From assembly GCF_009914755.1 (NCBI RefSeq), contig NC_060929.1: DNA of 64,000 nt; one strand, written 5' to 3'. Origin of the DNA: the human T2T-CHM13v2.0 reference genome, Homo sapiens. Below are positions 36,720-52,352 of this stretch, in pieces (position 1 is the first letter of the stretch; the number at the start of each line of letters is the position of its first letter). The translations under genes and the position numbers were made by a program. The notes under the pieces are model-generated. The model searched no databases. It was not told the origin of the DNA and saw only the letters and a program-made list of their open reading frames with translations.

Positions 36720-36871
36720 CCCAACTCAAACAGGCAGATAAAGAGAGATCAAAGAGATGAGCATGAGATACAGTCCCCTCGTGCCCAAGGAGACAGGGTG
36801 GTTACAGACATGGAAAAGCTGAGAATAATCACCTCTGATAAAGATCACAGAAGCTGCCCGGGAGGTGTTTG
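36720..36871 (+). other. ERAP2: Probable alternative non-coding first exon of ERAP2 (5' boundary uncertain)
   Basis: Strong donor TTG|GTAAGC at 36872 in unique sequence about 400 bp upstream of exon 1. ERAP2 is known to have 5'UTR variants; the start position is inferred. Confidence 0.45.
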
Positions 36872-37214
36872 GTAAGCTTGGAGTTACGTTTGTGGGGTGG
36901 ATGGGCAGAAGTCAGATTTCATAGCACTGAGGATGCAGCACAAGGAGAAGTTCAAGATCAATTCCTAAGACAACAACTTGGCACTAAAAAACATAAACTA
37001 TGTTCTGAAGGCTTTACCCTGGGGACAAGGGAAGGGAGGTGATAACAGCAGAAGTGGCAGCCACTGGCGATCCTTTCTTTCCATGGTTTGGCTTCTACTC
37101 CAAAGCCACTTATTTGTGCATTCTACAAAAAGTTTCTTGTCCTTTTTGAAATAAAGCTCTTATCCTAAGCTCCATTCACACCTGCGTGATAATGAACCAG
37201 CTAGTACTTACTGT

Positions 37215-37280
37215 ACTCAGGAAGCATGCAAAGTTCTGAATCTTAGAACAGAAAGTGAAAGCAAAAGTAAATTCCCCTTC
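37215..37280 (+). promoter_or_regulatory. ERAP2: ERAP2 core promoter: IRF-E/ISRE, ETS core and kB-like site; no TATA box
   Basis: GAAAGTGAAAGC at 37251-37262 (IRF consensus GAAANNGAAA), CAGGAAG at 37218-37224, and GTAAATTCCC at 37267-37276 (reverse GGGAATTTAC). Fits the established IFN-gamma/IRF inducibility of ERAP2. Confidence 0.75.
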
Positions 37281-37308
37281 AGTCAAATCTGCAGCAGCAT
37301 GATTTAAG
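37281..37308 (+). other. ERAP2: ERAP2 non-coding exon 1 (short, about 28 nt; TSS approximate)
   Basis: AGTCAAATCTGCAGCAGCATGATTTAAG is followed by donor GTAACG at 37309 and lies just downstream of an IRF element. It matches my recollection of the ERAP2 mRNA 5' end. Confidence 0.8.
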
Positions 37309-37555
37309 GTAACGTATCAACATTTCTCTTGGGTTTGTCTTAAAATTAGATTTTTTCAATAAGAATAATGAACTGAAGGTATAGAACTGCTGTGTTGAGA
37401 AGGTTTTGTAATCTAAGGCAAGGTTCTGGGGGACTGGGGTGAATTGGGCGCGGCTGTATTAGAAAGTGTATGCAGTTGAGGCTGGGACTTGATCTAAGAC
37501 GCTGCTGCACTGACTCTCTTTCAGAGATCTTTTTGTCTTTTCTAAGCGTTTGTGA

Positions 37556-38068
<513 letters not shown>

Positions 38069-39316
38069 TGAACACTAAGGACTTGTACTAGCTGGCCTTT
38101 ACAACCCTTACTAGTTCTAAAGTTAAAGACTGTGTGAGTAAAGCTTTTCTCTCTACTCTTATCAATCAAGTACATCTCTAGGAGTGTCTGCTACAAGTGG
38201 GGGCAGAGCTACTCCTTCATTTTGGCCATTGAATGCAAGTTATAACCTAAATAATAATTTCATATCCAACACTAATTACTTACTTCCTATATGCTCCATG
38301 CTGTGCTGTGCCAACTTCTTCACATGAATTATTTCATTTAATCATCCCAGCATGAGGAAGGTATAATTATTACACTGTTTTATGGTTGAGATAAATGAAG
38401 CTCAAAAAGTCAAAAACTTTGCCCATGATCACGTAGGTGAGGTTGGTGGAATTAGCGTTGGAATCTGGGCACTCTGATTCCAAAGCCTCAGACCCACATA
38501 ATAAGCCACTCCATTTTTTTTTAAACCCTCCAAAATTCAAGCTAATAGACCAATTATGAGTGTACTTATCAGACGTTCTTGGAACACTGAGATTTGTAGC
38601 AGTAATTTAATGCTTGTTTTTAAAAAGAGGGAGAAGTATCTTTATTTAATATTATTTTATTTTTGTTCCTTTAACAATACCTGTCACCTTCATTAATATT
38701 GCAAATTGAAAAATTGAAGTAATTGTTTGGATAATTAATGCTGCAGAACTTGTTAAGGATTATAAAAAGAAGAAGTAGCAGAGAAAACCTTCATGGTTTG
38801 AGTTGGAGCAGTAAGGAAGTAAGTAGAGGCAGGTGGTAGGGTGGCAGTAAGAATTGATTCCCCCAAATTAACTATGCTGTTTGTCCTAATTTTATATGTG
38901 TTGTAGCTTTACCCTTCAAAAAGAAAGAAACTTAGTTCTATTTACAAAGGTAGTAAATTCAGTTTGATTTAATTGTGCTTTCAAAAGTAGTGTAAAGGGA
39001 AAAGAACCAAACCTTAAAAAAAATTCTGTAAGAATATTATAAACTCAAAATTTATTTCCATGGCTTTTGACATATTGAAAATAAACTGGGGATAAATACC
39101 TACCTTGACCAGCAACCTTTACACCAGTAGCCATAAAATGAGGCCATTCAGATAATGTTATTGAAAGAGGTGAAGTTCAATGCCATTCGTAGTAATAATA
39201 ATAATATCTGGTATCCAAAGAATATAGAATATATATATAGAATATTCTTTGTGACTTATGAAGACAAAATAGAGACATCTTGCACAGTTTACTTTCAGGC
39301 ATACACTTAAAATTAC

Positions 39317-40037
<721 letters not shown>

Positions 40038-40354
40038 TTTAAAATATAACCAAATGTTAAAAACATTCAACATGCAATGAATTTACACACCTGCCTTCTG
40101 CTCGCTGCACAAGAATTCAGAAGAAATTCATTACATTCAATTTTAAGGTAGGGTTTTTTGGGGGAGTCCTAAAGGGTTTTTATTTGTAATAACCAGATAA
40201 CAGCTTAATTTCTGCTCTATTTTGTGGATACTTGGCCTAATTCTGACAGAGAGCAGATTTTCCCTTACTCACACATACCTTTTTACATGTTTAAGATTTT
40301 ATTTGTAAATTGAAATCTTTTTTGTCATGCTATAAGTGTGTTTTTTTCTTCTAG

Positions 40355-40476
40355 ATTAAATTCATGTATTGAAAATATTGTTCAGACCCCATGTGACATA
40401 ACTGGAGCCAGTGCAGTGCCATGAAGAACTACGAGATTAGCCTGGATATTAACTTGTCTTCTAGAGAATAGATTTC
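40355..40476 (+). other. ERAP2: ERAP2 exon 2, 5'UTR part (122 nt)
   Basis: Acceptor TTTTTTTCTTCTAG ends at 40354; ATG at 40477. Confidence 0.9.
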
Positions 40477-41051
40477 ATGTTCCATTCTTCTGCAATGGTT
40501 AATTCACACAGAAAACCAATGTTTAACATTCACAGAGGATTTTACTGCTTAACAGCCATCTTGCCCCAAATATGCATTTGTTCTCAGTTCTCAGTGCCAT
40601 CTAGTTATCACTTCACTGAGGATCCTGGGGCTTTCCCAGTAGCCACTAATGGGGAACGATTTCCTTGGCAGGAGCTAAGGCTCCCCAGTGTGGTCATTCC
40701 TCTCCATTATGACCTCTTTGTCCACCCCAATCTCACCTCTCTGGACTTTGTTGCATCTGAGAAGATTGAAGTCTTGGTCAGCAATGCTACCCAGTTTATC
40801 ATCTTGCACAGCAAAGATCTTGAAATCACGAATGCCACCCTTCAGTCAGAGGAAGATTCAAGATACATGAAACCAGGAAAAGAACTGAAAGTTTTGAGTT
40901 ACCCTGCTCATGAACAAATTGCACTGCTGGTTCCAGAGAAACTTACGCCTCACCTGAAATACTATGTGGCTATGGACTTCCAAGCCAAGTTAGGTGATGG
41001 CTTTGAAGGGTTTTATAAAAGCACATACAGAACTCTTGGTGGTGAAACAAG
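40477..41051 (+). CDS. ERAP2: ERAP2 exon 2 coding part (MFHSSAMV...TLGGET-R): signal anchor and start of the N-terminal beta domain
   Basis: ORF 40477 translates to the ERAP2 N-terminus with M1-family motifs RLP...P.HYDL and [10 protein letters not shown]; donor AG|GTAAGA at 41052 (phase 2). Confidence 0.98.
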
Positions 41052-41529
41052 GTAAGAACTTGCTCAGGTAATTTACATTCTTTTGTGATAATTTCCTTAC
41101 GAGTTACATCTCTTTGCCAGGAGCAGACTTCAGCAGCCATTTATGAGAAATCCAGTGAACTATGGGGAACCCAGAAGAAGGAAAAGATCTACCATTCCTT
41201 AAGGAAACCACAGTAGAGATGTAAAGACAGGACTCAGAGGCATAAACAGCTAGAGGGTGGATAACTAGGAGGAGAGGCCAGTATATGACTGATATGATAG
41301 ATATGCTTATGTGCTAGGGAAAGAGATGGTCAGTGCAGAGAGGGCTGAAATAGGGAATGCTTCTCAAAGGAAGTGAGTCTTCATCTGGGACCAGAAGGAA
41401 ATGTAAGTGAGACTGGGATTGGGAGAGAGGAAGTGACAAAGTATACATTGCCTAGGTAACAGCCATGACTCATGTCGAATAGTCAGAAACAAGGAACTAG
41501 TTTGGAAAATTGAGAAATATAGTCAATTT

Positions 41530-42800
41530 GATCAAGTCACATTCATTGAGCACATACTATGTGCCAGGCACTGCACTAGGCACTGAATGTATAATGGTGG
41601 GATCTGATGGAAGAGACAACCAGGACAAGAAAATCAATAAAATTGGCAAGGTAATTGGCCAGTGTTATGAATGAAATAAAACAAGGTGCAAGAAAGGTAG
41701 AAAATGAGGCTGGAGATTGAAACTAATTCAGTTGACTGGGCAGGGAAGTGTTTGTTGAGGAAGTGAATTTAAATTGAGAGCTGAGTTTTTTTTTAAAGAG
41801 ACAGTTATGAGAACATCTCGGGGCAAGTGCTCTAAAGTGGGATTGGTTGAGGAAGGCCAGTGTAAGCTGAAGAGAGCGAACAAGAGGGAGAAAGGGATCA
41901 GATCATGTGGAGCCTTGGGGCGTCTTGTAAGGAGTTTTGACTTTAACTCAGATGAAATGGGAAATCACTGGAGGATTCTGCTCTGATTTATGCTTTATAA
42001 AGATCAAGTCTATGTTGAGGGTATGTTATAGAGAAGCAGAGTAATCAATTGGGAGGTCATTGCAGTAGTTCAGGTAAGAAGTGATGCTAATTTGGGCCAG
42101 GCTAGTGGCAGTGCTTATGGAGTGAAACAATTGAACTTGGCAGTTATTTTGGAGGGCAAAACAACAGAGATTGCTGACATATTGGTCATGTGAGGTGAGG
42201 GAAATAGAAGAATCAAGGATGCTTCATAGAGTGGACGGCTTGGTTTCCCAGGGCCAGGATCCATCTGGGAGGTAAGAGGAGTCTGGCTCAGTGCACTCTC
42301 ACGTTATGTGAATTGTGTTCAATTGCCAGTTGGAGAAATCTAAATTCCATGGCTTAACCACACAGGGGCATATTTTTCTCATGCAACAAGAAGTCCAGAA
42401 GTAGGGCAGCTCAGATTGCTATAGTGCTGTTCAGAGTCATCCAGGACCCAGGCTCCTTCTGTCTTTCTGCTCAGCCATCCTATGGCTTTCTTCCTAATAC
42501 TTGCAAGATGATTGCTGCACCTCTAGGCATCAAGTCCACATTCTAGGCAGGAAGAAGGGGGACACGGGGGAGAGATAAGGGCAAAAAGAAACATTCCACT
42601 TGAATCTAACACTCTTTACAAAGATTTCCCACCCAATGACTTCAGCTAGACCAGAATGAGTCATAGCCTCACCAAGTCACAAGGTAGCCTGTAAGAAGTA
42701 ACTCTCTTATCTGGACTTGTTGCCTTCCTGAATAAAATCAGGATTCCACTGGAACCAAGGAAGGGAAATGGGTATCAGGAAAGTGACTAGCTGTGTCTAC
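41530..42800. mobile_element. L2 fragment (minus, about 41530-42240) and MLT1-like LTR (about 42330-42800)
   Basis: L2 end ATTGAGCACATACTATGTGCCAGGCACTG; MLT1-like GACCCAGGCTCCTTCTGTCTTTCTGCTC.GCCATCC. Confidence 0.7.
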
Positions 42801-43789
42801 TACATCCTGCTCTTCCCTTCCCCACTTGGGTGCTCACTGCACAGCCTGCAGCCATCCACCTAGGACAACTCTTCCCCAGGCTCCTCTCTTTCCACATTCC
42901 CTTGGTGACACTTCCCCTCATTGCAGCCACAATCCTCAGGGGCTTGTTTTCAGGCTCAGCACAGTATTGGATAGGAAAAGTGTCAACTTCTTCTCACTAA
43001 GGCACCACATAAACAATGATGGCTTTTTTCATTTTTTTCAAATGCCGAAGGCCCCATCCAAAGGACATATATCTTAGGGATACTATTCTGGGAGCTGTGG
43101 GAGATGAGAGGGGGAGATATTTGGAGTAAAGCTGTAGGACTTTCCAGCATGCCTCCCGTGATTAATTGCAGGCTATTCCTGATGCTCCTTATGGTTAATT
43201 AGTCAGTTCCCTTCATACTCAGTCACCTAGTAGGTCTGACATGTATGATAATGTACTGCACAATGTCAATTGAATCTTATGAATCTCTCTCTCTTTCTTC
43301 CTCACTTCTTCATCTAAACTACACAAATAATTCAGTTGAAAGTGGTTCTTTTGAGATGCAGAAGGTCACACTTTGCATGTAGAGTTCCAATGAATCGTGT
43401 AAGCAACAAAGATTCAGGTTTTTTTGTTTTTTCAATGTAGACTTGTTACAACCAAAATTTCATGTGAGTGAAAATTATTCCAGCCAGTTAGAATTCCTTT
43501 ACATTTGCAGAAACTGCTACCAAATACAAATAAAACCTTGAGGCCACAAGTGAATCATTTACATCCCTAGCCTCAGTTTCCCAGCCTGTGTCATAGAAAT
43601 AAAGCAAGCTGAAGTAAAATATCCTGACAGCTTCTCTTTTTTCCCTCCTGACCTCTCTCTCCCTCTTATTTGAGCTATTCTATTCCCCCCTCCTTTTCCA
43701 GTCAAAATCTGCTCTCCAAATTCACTTCTTAATTGAAGCTTAAAGTCCAAAGAGTAAATCTGTAACTGTACAGTTTCAGGCATATCCTG

Positions 43790-44150
43790 GTGTTGGGGTA
43801 GAGAAGTTTATCAGAGTATATATCTATTATACCTGTCATCATCTGAAGAGTGGCAAGCAGAGAGAACTAGAAGTACCTGGGGGCACAGGTGCCACAGACA
43901 GACCATTAGCCAACAATGGTACAAGAATATGAAAGTCCAGCTCCTTGCCTCCAGTGGGGGACACGTGAAGGCGTAGTTTGCATCCCAGAGCTCCCTGGGA
44001 ATCAGGCTGATGCTGGGACTTTGCCTGTCCTGCACCCTTGACTGGCTTCTCCCTTTTCCCTGTCCTGCTTCCCTCACTCCCTTACCTGTTTCTCCTGGCA
44101 GGATGTTCTCAATAAGTCAGGATCTGCTTCCTGGAAATACAACTTAGGAC
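43790..44150. mobile_element. ERVL LTR, LTR16-like
   Basis: CCCAGAGCTCCCTGGG.ATCAGGCTGA and terminal TCTGCTTCCTGGAAATACAACTTAGGACA. Confidence 0.55.
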
Positions 44151-44583
44151 ATCACTCATGTACACAATTACTCAAATGTCTATCTGAGGCCCTTTCAGGT
44201 TTAGAGACAATACTGAACATTTAATTTCCTAGTGAATTTTGAAGACATGTAGACAACATGTGTACTATTTCAGTCATTTACTGGCTGCGGATCCTGCTAA
44301 GGTCATTCAAGTTGTCTGAGCCTCAATATCCTTGTTTGACCTGAGTATGAATGAAATAATGTAATTAGCATTCCCAAAACAGGGCATTGCTTATGATTGA
44401 TGGCTGCTAAATAAGATTTTACCTTCATTTTCCTCAAAGAGACAGTTGAGATTCACAAAGATTGCAGTTTGAGAAATCAAGTCTATTACCCCCAGGTTTG
44501 ATAAGCTGTTTGCTGAATGTACAGATTCATTTCTCTTCTTGATTTCACTTGTGCATTTTGGCTGGGGGTGGGTCTTTTCACAG

Positions 44584-44722
44584 AATTCTTGCAGTAACAG
44601 ATTTTGAGCCAACCCAGGCACGCATGGCTTTCCCTTGCTTTGATGAACCGTTGTTCAAAGCCAACTTTTCAATCAAGATACGAAGAGAGAGCAGGCATAT
44701 TGCACTATCCAACATGCCAAAG
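44584..44722 (+). CDS. ERAP2: ERAP2 exon 3 ([22 protein letters not shown]...SNMPK)
   Basis: Acceptor TTTTCACAG, donor AAG|GTATGT; 139 nt; hallmark M1 motif [14 protein letters not shown]. Confidence 0.98.
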
Positions 44723-44825
44723 GTATGTCCACTTCCAGAAACTTTTAGAAATTGTTCTCAAGTTGAGACTCAGTCTTCGTTTGTTTTTTAAAATTGCTTT
44801 CAGGATTTCAGCCATTAATTTGTTT

Positions 44826-44827
<2 letters not shown>

Positions 44828-44862
<35 letters not shown>
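44828..44862. repeat. (TATC)n tetranucleotide repeat
   Basis: About 8 units, read directly. Confidence 0.93.
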
Positions 44863-45287
44863 ATCATAATTTCAATCATTCTAGACGTTAACATCATTCT
44901 GTTTGGGGCATTGTTACACAGGAAGCTTTTTTTTCCCAAGCAAAGTGATTTATATTTTGTGTTCATATGGAAACAGTATCTTAAATCTGTGTTTCTTGGC
45001 CAGGGATGAAATTCAGAATTTCCTAGAGCAGTACTTCTCAAACTTTAGGGTCCAGATTAATGGTCTGAGAATCTTGCTAAAACTCAGATTCTGATTCAAG
45101 AAGAGGTCTTGGGTTGAAGCTTGAAGTTCTACCTTTCCAACAAGCCTCCAGCCACTGCTGATGGTCCAGAGACCCCTTTTGCAGTGGCAAGGACCTCAGG
45201 GACCCTGCAGGGCCCCAACCCAAGAAATTCTGATCTAGAAGTCTATGATGGAACTTAGAAATCCCCTCTTTTAAGTTTCACAAGTAA

Positions 45288-45573
<286 letters not shown>

Positions 45574-47442
45574 AGGGACCCTGCAGGGTCCAAGTGCTAG
45601 TAGAGGCAGCATATCTTTTGGACACTTATTTGTCTCTTTCATCCTGTAAGGAAACACACACTCACTGGTGACAATTGCCATGCAAGTAAACTTCTGCTGG
45701 TATTGAGAAAACAGCTAAATCCTTGTCTAGCAGTCAGTGTTTTGTACTTGGAGATTACATCACCATCCTGGAAGAACTTACACTAATACCCCATACACGT
45801 CTATTTAAGGCAATGTTAATCTACATGGGTCACTCCAGGTTTCTGAACAAAACTCAGCCTCCATGGACTGTATCGTCTTCATCTGGTGGGGATAAACCAT
45901 AGCAAACGCCCATTTGCCTCCGAACCATCTCTGCCACCAGCCTTCTAGTAGCCCAGACGTATTTCCCCATAGTCTCACAGCCTCACGCCTCTGCCAGTAA
46001 CCCCTCCACACACTTGACTAAATGGTTTTGCTGCTGAGTTTGGTCAGAAGACCACAATAATACCCCAGCTCTCAGCCCCTACCATAAGACAGCATCTCCT
46101 CTGCTGGGAGTGGATATCCAGAGAACACTGGTTGAATCAGCTTCCTAAAAATGGAGACGGTTGTTGGGGAAAATTAATTTGCTGGATAGAGTTCTTAAAA
46201 ATTACAGCCCTGTATATACTTTGACTTTTCTTACAGTATTTTATCAGTACCTTCCTCTTTATTGGAGCTTAGAAATAGATTTCAAATAGAATTCAGCAAA
46301 ATTAAATTCTGTAGAATTTAGTAGCAAAAACATTTGCCATCAAAGTAGACTAGATAATTTATGGTAATGCTTCAAGCTATTTTCTCTTGCCAAAGCAAAT
46401 CGTAATCTTATCCAACATGTCAAAAATGCTTAATAAGCTGCAGTCAGCATCATCACAAGCCTGACTCCCAGAAAGGGCTCAGGGATAGAGGTGGGGAAGA
46501 GCCTGTCTAAGAGTTGTGACTAGCTTGAAGAAAATGTTTTCAGATTATTGGATCTGTATCCATTCAGTATTTGGGGGCATTGTACCATGGTGAAGACCAT
46601 CTCTGAGACAAGCTGCCCAGACCAAATGAAGATAGAATTCAGTCATTAGCCAGTGATCTTGATAGATGCAGCTGACGAGACTGCAGGCTGAAAAGTTTCT
46701 GCTTCCTCAGGAGATGGACAGAAGCTTAAATTACTAATGACCTCCTTGGCCTGACTGCTTTCATTGCTGAATCAATGAAGCAAAGATAAAATAAGACCAT
46801 GACTCAAGCTGTCACGCAGCAAGTGAGAGAATGAGCATCATCTTTGGAGTCACACGGTCACATCCACATCTTGGTCCTACCGTGGAACTAGCCATGTGAT
46901 CTCCAACAATTCTGTGAACATTTCAGAGTCTCTGTTTCCTCACCTGAGAAACAACACCAACCTCACACCCACGTAACAGGATTAAAAGATAATGTGCAGC
47001 CTCTAGTTCAGTTTCACTTCCTGTTTTCTTTTTCCACAGGGGTGTACTTCTTGTACAACAAATAAAGGGAAAGGGGCCATTATCTGGTATTTTACTTAAA
47101 AGCCCAGAAGTTGAATTGATGCCAGTGTTGGAAATTATTGCATTTTAAGAAAATAGAAATATGTAATATTTTTATGCTTTCAATCAACAAAATGAGATTT
47201 GGCATTTTTGTGCTTTGGGGATCTCAAAAGCAGGGCTTTTTGTTTTCAACAGAGTGTTGGGGTAAAGGTAATGGAGGTAAGAGAGGCTACAGAATACTAG
47301 GAGAGGCCATTGCCCCCCTAGGAGGTCATCGATTGTCCTTCAGAGTATGAGGCTTGCCTCTAACTCACCTGCCATAAGTCATAGGCATGGTTATGAAATA
47401 CTCCAGTTTTCAAGTACTGATTATTCCTTTTCCTTTCTGTAG

Positions 47443-47577
47443 GTTAAGACAATTGAACTTGAAGGAGGTCTTTTGGAAGATCACTTTGAAACTACTGTAA
47501 AAATGAGTACATACCTTGTAGCCTACATAGTTTGTGATTTCCACTCTCTGAGTGGCTTCACTTCATCAGGGGTCAAG
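47443..47577 (+). CDS. ERAP2: ERAP2 exon 4 (VKTIELEGG...[10 protein letters not shown]...GVK)
   Basis: Acceptor CTTTCTGTAG, donor AAG|GTGAGA; 135 nt, phase 0-0; M1 motif MSTYL.A. Confidence 0.98.
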
Positions 47578-48045
47578 GTGAGACTGAGTTCTAACGTTCT
47601 ACGCAGTGCAGAAAAGTGTCCTGAGAGCAATGAACTTTTGTTTTCTCATGTTTTTCATTGTTATCAAAGTATTATGTTTATATTACAAGAAGAGATAGAT
47701 AAAAAACTAAATTAAAAATTATCCATAGTCCTGTCACCAAGATACAACTACTGATAATATTAATGTAAGCCTTCCAAATATTTTCTATATGTATGTCAGC
47801 ATATATGGGTGTACATAGTAACAGTATTTACTTACTATATATGTAAAGGTAATTTTCAAAGTGTATATATATATATATATATACATATACATACACACAC
47901 ACACACACATACATATATACCCTTTGCAAAATAATATATTGACTATTTTTAACCCATTTTTATCAAAATATGCCATAAAAGTTGAATGTCATTTAAAATT
48001 TTAAATAATATTAATAATTGCATGGAGGTTTAATAAGGATTTTAA

Positions 48046-48960
<915 letters not shown>

Positions 48961-49970
48961 CGGTATAAAGTATCTATTACAATTTACATATGTATTATGT
49001 TCATGAATATGTAGATATATGAGTTGTGTAGCACACATACACATCATGGCACCTCTGCACTTAGACATGGATGTCTATGCATAGACATGGATGTGCAGGA
49101 GGTGAATGGCACTTCAGAGGACAGGTTCCTGTCAGCCTCTTTGGATTCACGTCCCAGCTCTACAACTTTCAGCCTGGGTGATCTGGAGCAAGTTACTAAA
49201 TCGTTATGTGTTTTTATTGCTTCACCTATAAAATGGCACCTGCTTCATAGAGTGGGCGCAAGTATTAAATTAGATTTTATACGTAAGCATTCAGCACAGT
49301 GCCTGGTAAACTGTCAAAAAATGGTGGCCGTTTACATTTTTTCTGCATAAAAGTTTTGAAGGACTTCAGTTAATTCAGAACATAAAAGTGGGTCATGAAA
49401 TAAAAGTAGCTTTATACTTGGAAGGCAAGAAAATTTGAATCTAATTCTATTTTTTCTACTTGATAGCTAATTTCTTTGGGGGAGCCATTGAACATATTTG
49501 AGCATTTCTTAGTTTAAAGCAAGCTTGACAGAGGGCGGATCCAATAAGTTCTTCATGGCTTCCCACATAGGTCTAGAAGAAACCTATGTTTTATTTGAAT
49601 TGTGTTTGTGGTCATCATTTTGGAAAGCTAGTTGACAAGTGTTAAAGTATATCATAGAGATGAACTCAAGTGGGTTCCTCTCTATGATATACTTGGATTA
49701 TGATACAATGGGTTAACATGATTTGAAAGTTACAGATGAGCACTGAGGAAATGGATTGTAACAGAAGATTCAGGGTGTTTGTAATTTTCAAGACTGACTT
49801 TTGCTTTAATACTTCACAGAACCTCTTATCCTTATTGACAACATGCTTAATGGTATCTTAATACTTTCTTGAAAAGATACAGTCTGCCTTTCTGTGTGAG
49901 AGGGTTATCAGGAATGGAATTATGCCAGGGAGCTGTCATTCAAAAACCTCTTCTGATCCACATTTCCCAG

Positions 49971-50091
49971 GTGTCCATCTATGCATCCCCAGACAAACGG
50001 AATCAAACACATTATGCTTTGCAGGCATCACTGAAGCTACTTGATTTTTATGAAAAGTACTTTGATATCTACTATCCACTCTCCAAACTGG
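49971..50091 (+). CDS. ERAP2: ERAP2 exon 5 (VSIYASPDK...YPLSKL)
   Basis: Acceptor TTTCCCAG, donor TGG|GTATGT; 121 nt; motif FYE.YF...YPL.KLD across the junction. Confidence 0.98.
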
Positions 50092-50953
50092 GTATGTTCA
50101 AATTCCACATTATTGTCTTCATTTTTGCTCATAAAACTTGCTTTGATCTCTTCCCTCTTTCTCTTTCTATGTGATTTAAATGAGCACTGAGGAATTCAGT
50201 TAGCTCAGGAAAAAATAATTTGTTCCTCAGAGATGATTCTTGAGTGTAGAAAATAAAATATTTATGACATGCCCCAACAGTGTGGATCATTTCTCTATTC
50301 TTTTATCAGGTTTAACGTTAACATATCTGCATCAAACTCTTTCCCAGGCTGATCAGAAAGGGCACACACTGGAGGCTGGGACGGAAGCCAGGTAGAGGGT
50401 CCAGGAAAGAGATGGGGAGAAAAAGAAGGAACACAGTGACTGCTCTGTTCAAAATAGGGGTCCACATGTCCAAGATGCTGTGGCTCCCTGTGGCGGACAT
50501 CAACGCTCTCATCCATTATGCTCCTCTTCTGTGGGAGGGAAACACACCTCCCATCGTGCTGCTCTTCTATGCCCAGCAGCATTGATTAGAGAATGGATTT
50601 TCCTTTAAAAAATACATACACACACACACACACACACACACGCATTGCATATTAGAATTAGAGGGATTTCTGGAGGAATCACCATACCTTATTTGTACAA
50701 GGTCAGCAATCTTTTATAAAAGTTGTCAAAAGTTTATGTAGAGAGAGAACTGAAAACTATGCTTCCATCCGTTATCTGTGTTGGGCACTGAGGTTGGATG
50801 GTAAGACTGTGGAACAGATTTTTAAAAAATTGCAGGAAACAGATCATCTGGTTGTGGTAGTAGGTCTTTACATGAGATGATACTCATAGTCTATCTTGCT
50901 TTTAATTTTCTATCTTAAAAAATAAAAAACGTTATTTTTAGAAGGTTGTAGAG

Positions 50954-51286
50954 AAGCGATCCCCAACCTTTTTGACACTAGGGACCAGATTTGTGGAAAC
51001 AATTTTTCCACGAAGATTGGGTGGATGGTTTTTGGATGAAACTGTTCCACCTCAGAGCATTGGGCATTAGATTCTCATAAGGAACACGCAACTTAGATCC
51101 CTCACATGCGCAGTTCACAATAGGATTCATGCTCCTATGAGAATCTAATGACACCTCTGATCTGGCAGGAGGCGGAGCTCAGGCAGTCATGCTCTCTCGC
51201 CCACCGCTCACCTCCTGCCATGCAGCCCAGTTTCTAATAGGCCATTGACAGGTACTGGTCCGCAGCCCTGGGGTTAGGGACCCCTG
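50954..51286 (+). mobile_element. MER1B-like hAT-Charlie DNA transposon
   Basis: TIRs .AGCG.TCCCCAACC and GGTT.GGGACCCCTG; perfect 8-bp TSD TTGTAGAG at 50946-50953 and 51287-51294. Confidence 0.9.
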
Positions 51287-52099
51287 TTGTAGAGCATATA
51301 AAAACTGAAGAAAGTTTCATAGCATATAAAGATTAGTGCTTGGGGTTTCTGACAGTGACAAAACAATTTTTTTCCTTTGGAATTTAGGATATACTTCTTA
51401 TCCTGTCCTTTTTCGCCTCTTGCCCTCAACTCCAATGCATTTTCCTTACATAAATTAAAAGGGACCATCAATTGGCATACAGTTCCAGGCTTAAAAAAAT
51501 TAAAAGCTATATCCAGGGACTTATTTCGATAGTTCCTGAGTCTTACTCTGCTATTATTGTGCAGGTTCTATATACTCTTTAGTACAGATATACTAAATCC
51601 CATTTATACGTAATTCACTGCTGTACTTTAGATCAAAAGTCAAGGAAAGATTAATAACAGCCATCAACAATATTAATGTTGTTCTTGAAAAATGCAGTCT
51701 TAAAGAGCATATGAAATATCTTTAAGACTAACGGAAAAGAAGCATGCAGCTTAGGAAAAAATAGAGCATATATAAGTCCCACTACTATAAAATCATCAAT
51801 GCAGTTTAGAAGAAAAGTCATTCCCACATTTGAAGTGCTAACGAATACTAATCTTTATTAGCGCTAATTTAGTTTTTGATTGTGTTATGTATACTTGTTT
51901 TTAATGTACTAGAATTAACCAGTATTAACTCCAGACAATGTAATTATAAGCCAAGTGACTTGGTTCATTTCAAACTTTTAAAAAATTATCTTTTTTTCCA
52001 GCTAAACAGAACATTTTAGCTAGCAGAACTCAAAGACTAAATATTAGCCAGAAATTTTTTAGCCTACGTGAAATCATTAGCAAAGGATAGTAAACCATG

Positions 52100-52288
52100 C
52101 GCATACATTTATACCTGTATATGTATATGTGTGTGTATATATATATGTATATATATATATGTGTGTATACATACACACACACATATACATATACACACAC
52201 ATATACAGGTACATATATATGTATATACACACACACACATATACAGGTATATATATATGTGTGTGTGTGTGTGTGTATATATATGCGG

Positions 52289-52320
<32 letters not shown>

Positions 52321-52352
52321 TATATATGGTATACACACACACACACACACAC
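52100..52352. repeat. Complex (TA)/(TG)/(CA) alternating purine-pyrimidine repeat
   Basis: About 250 bp read directly; source of the spurious YIYI/THTH/CVCV ORFs. Confidence 0.95.
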
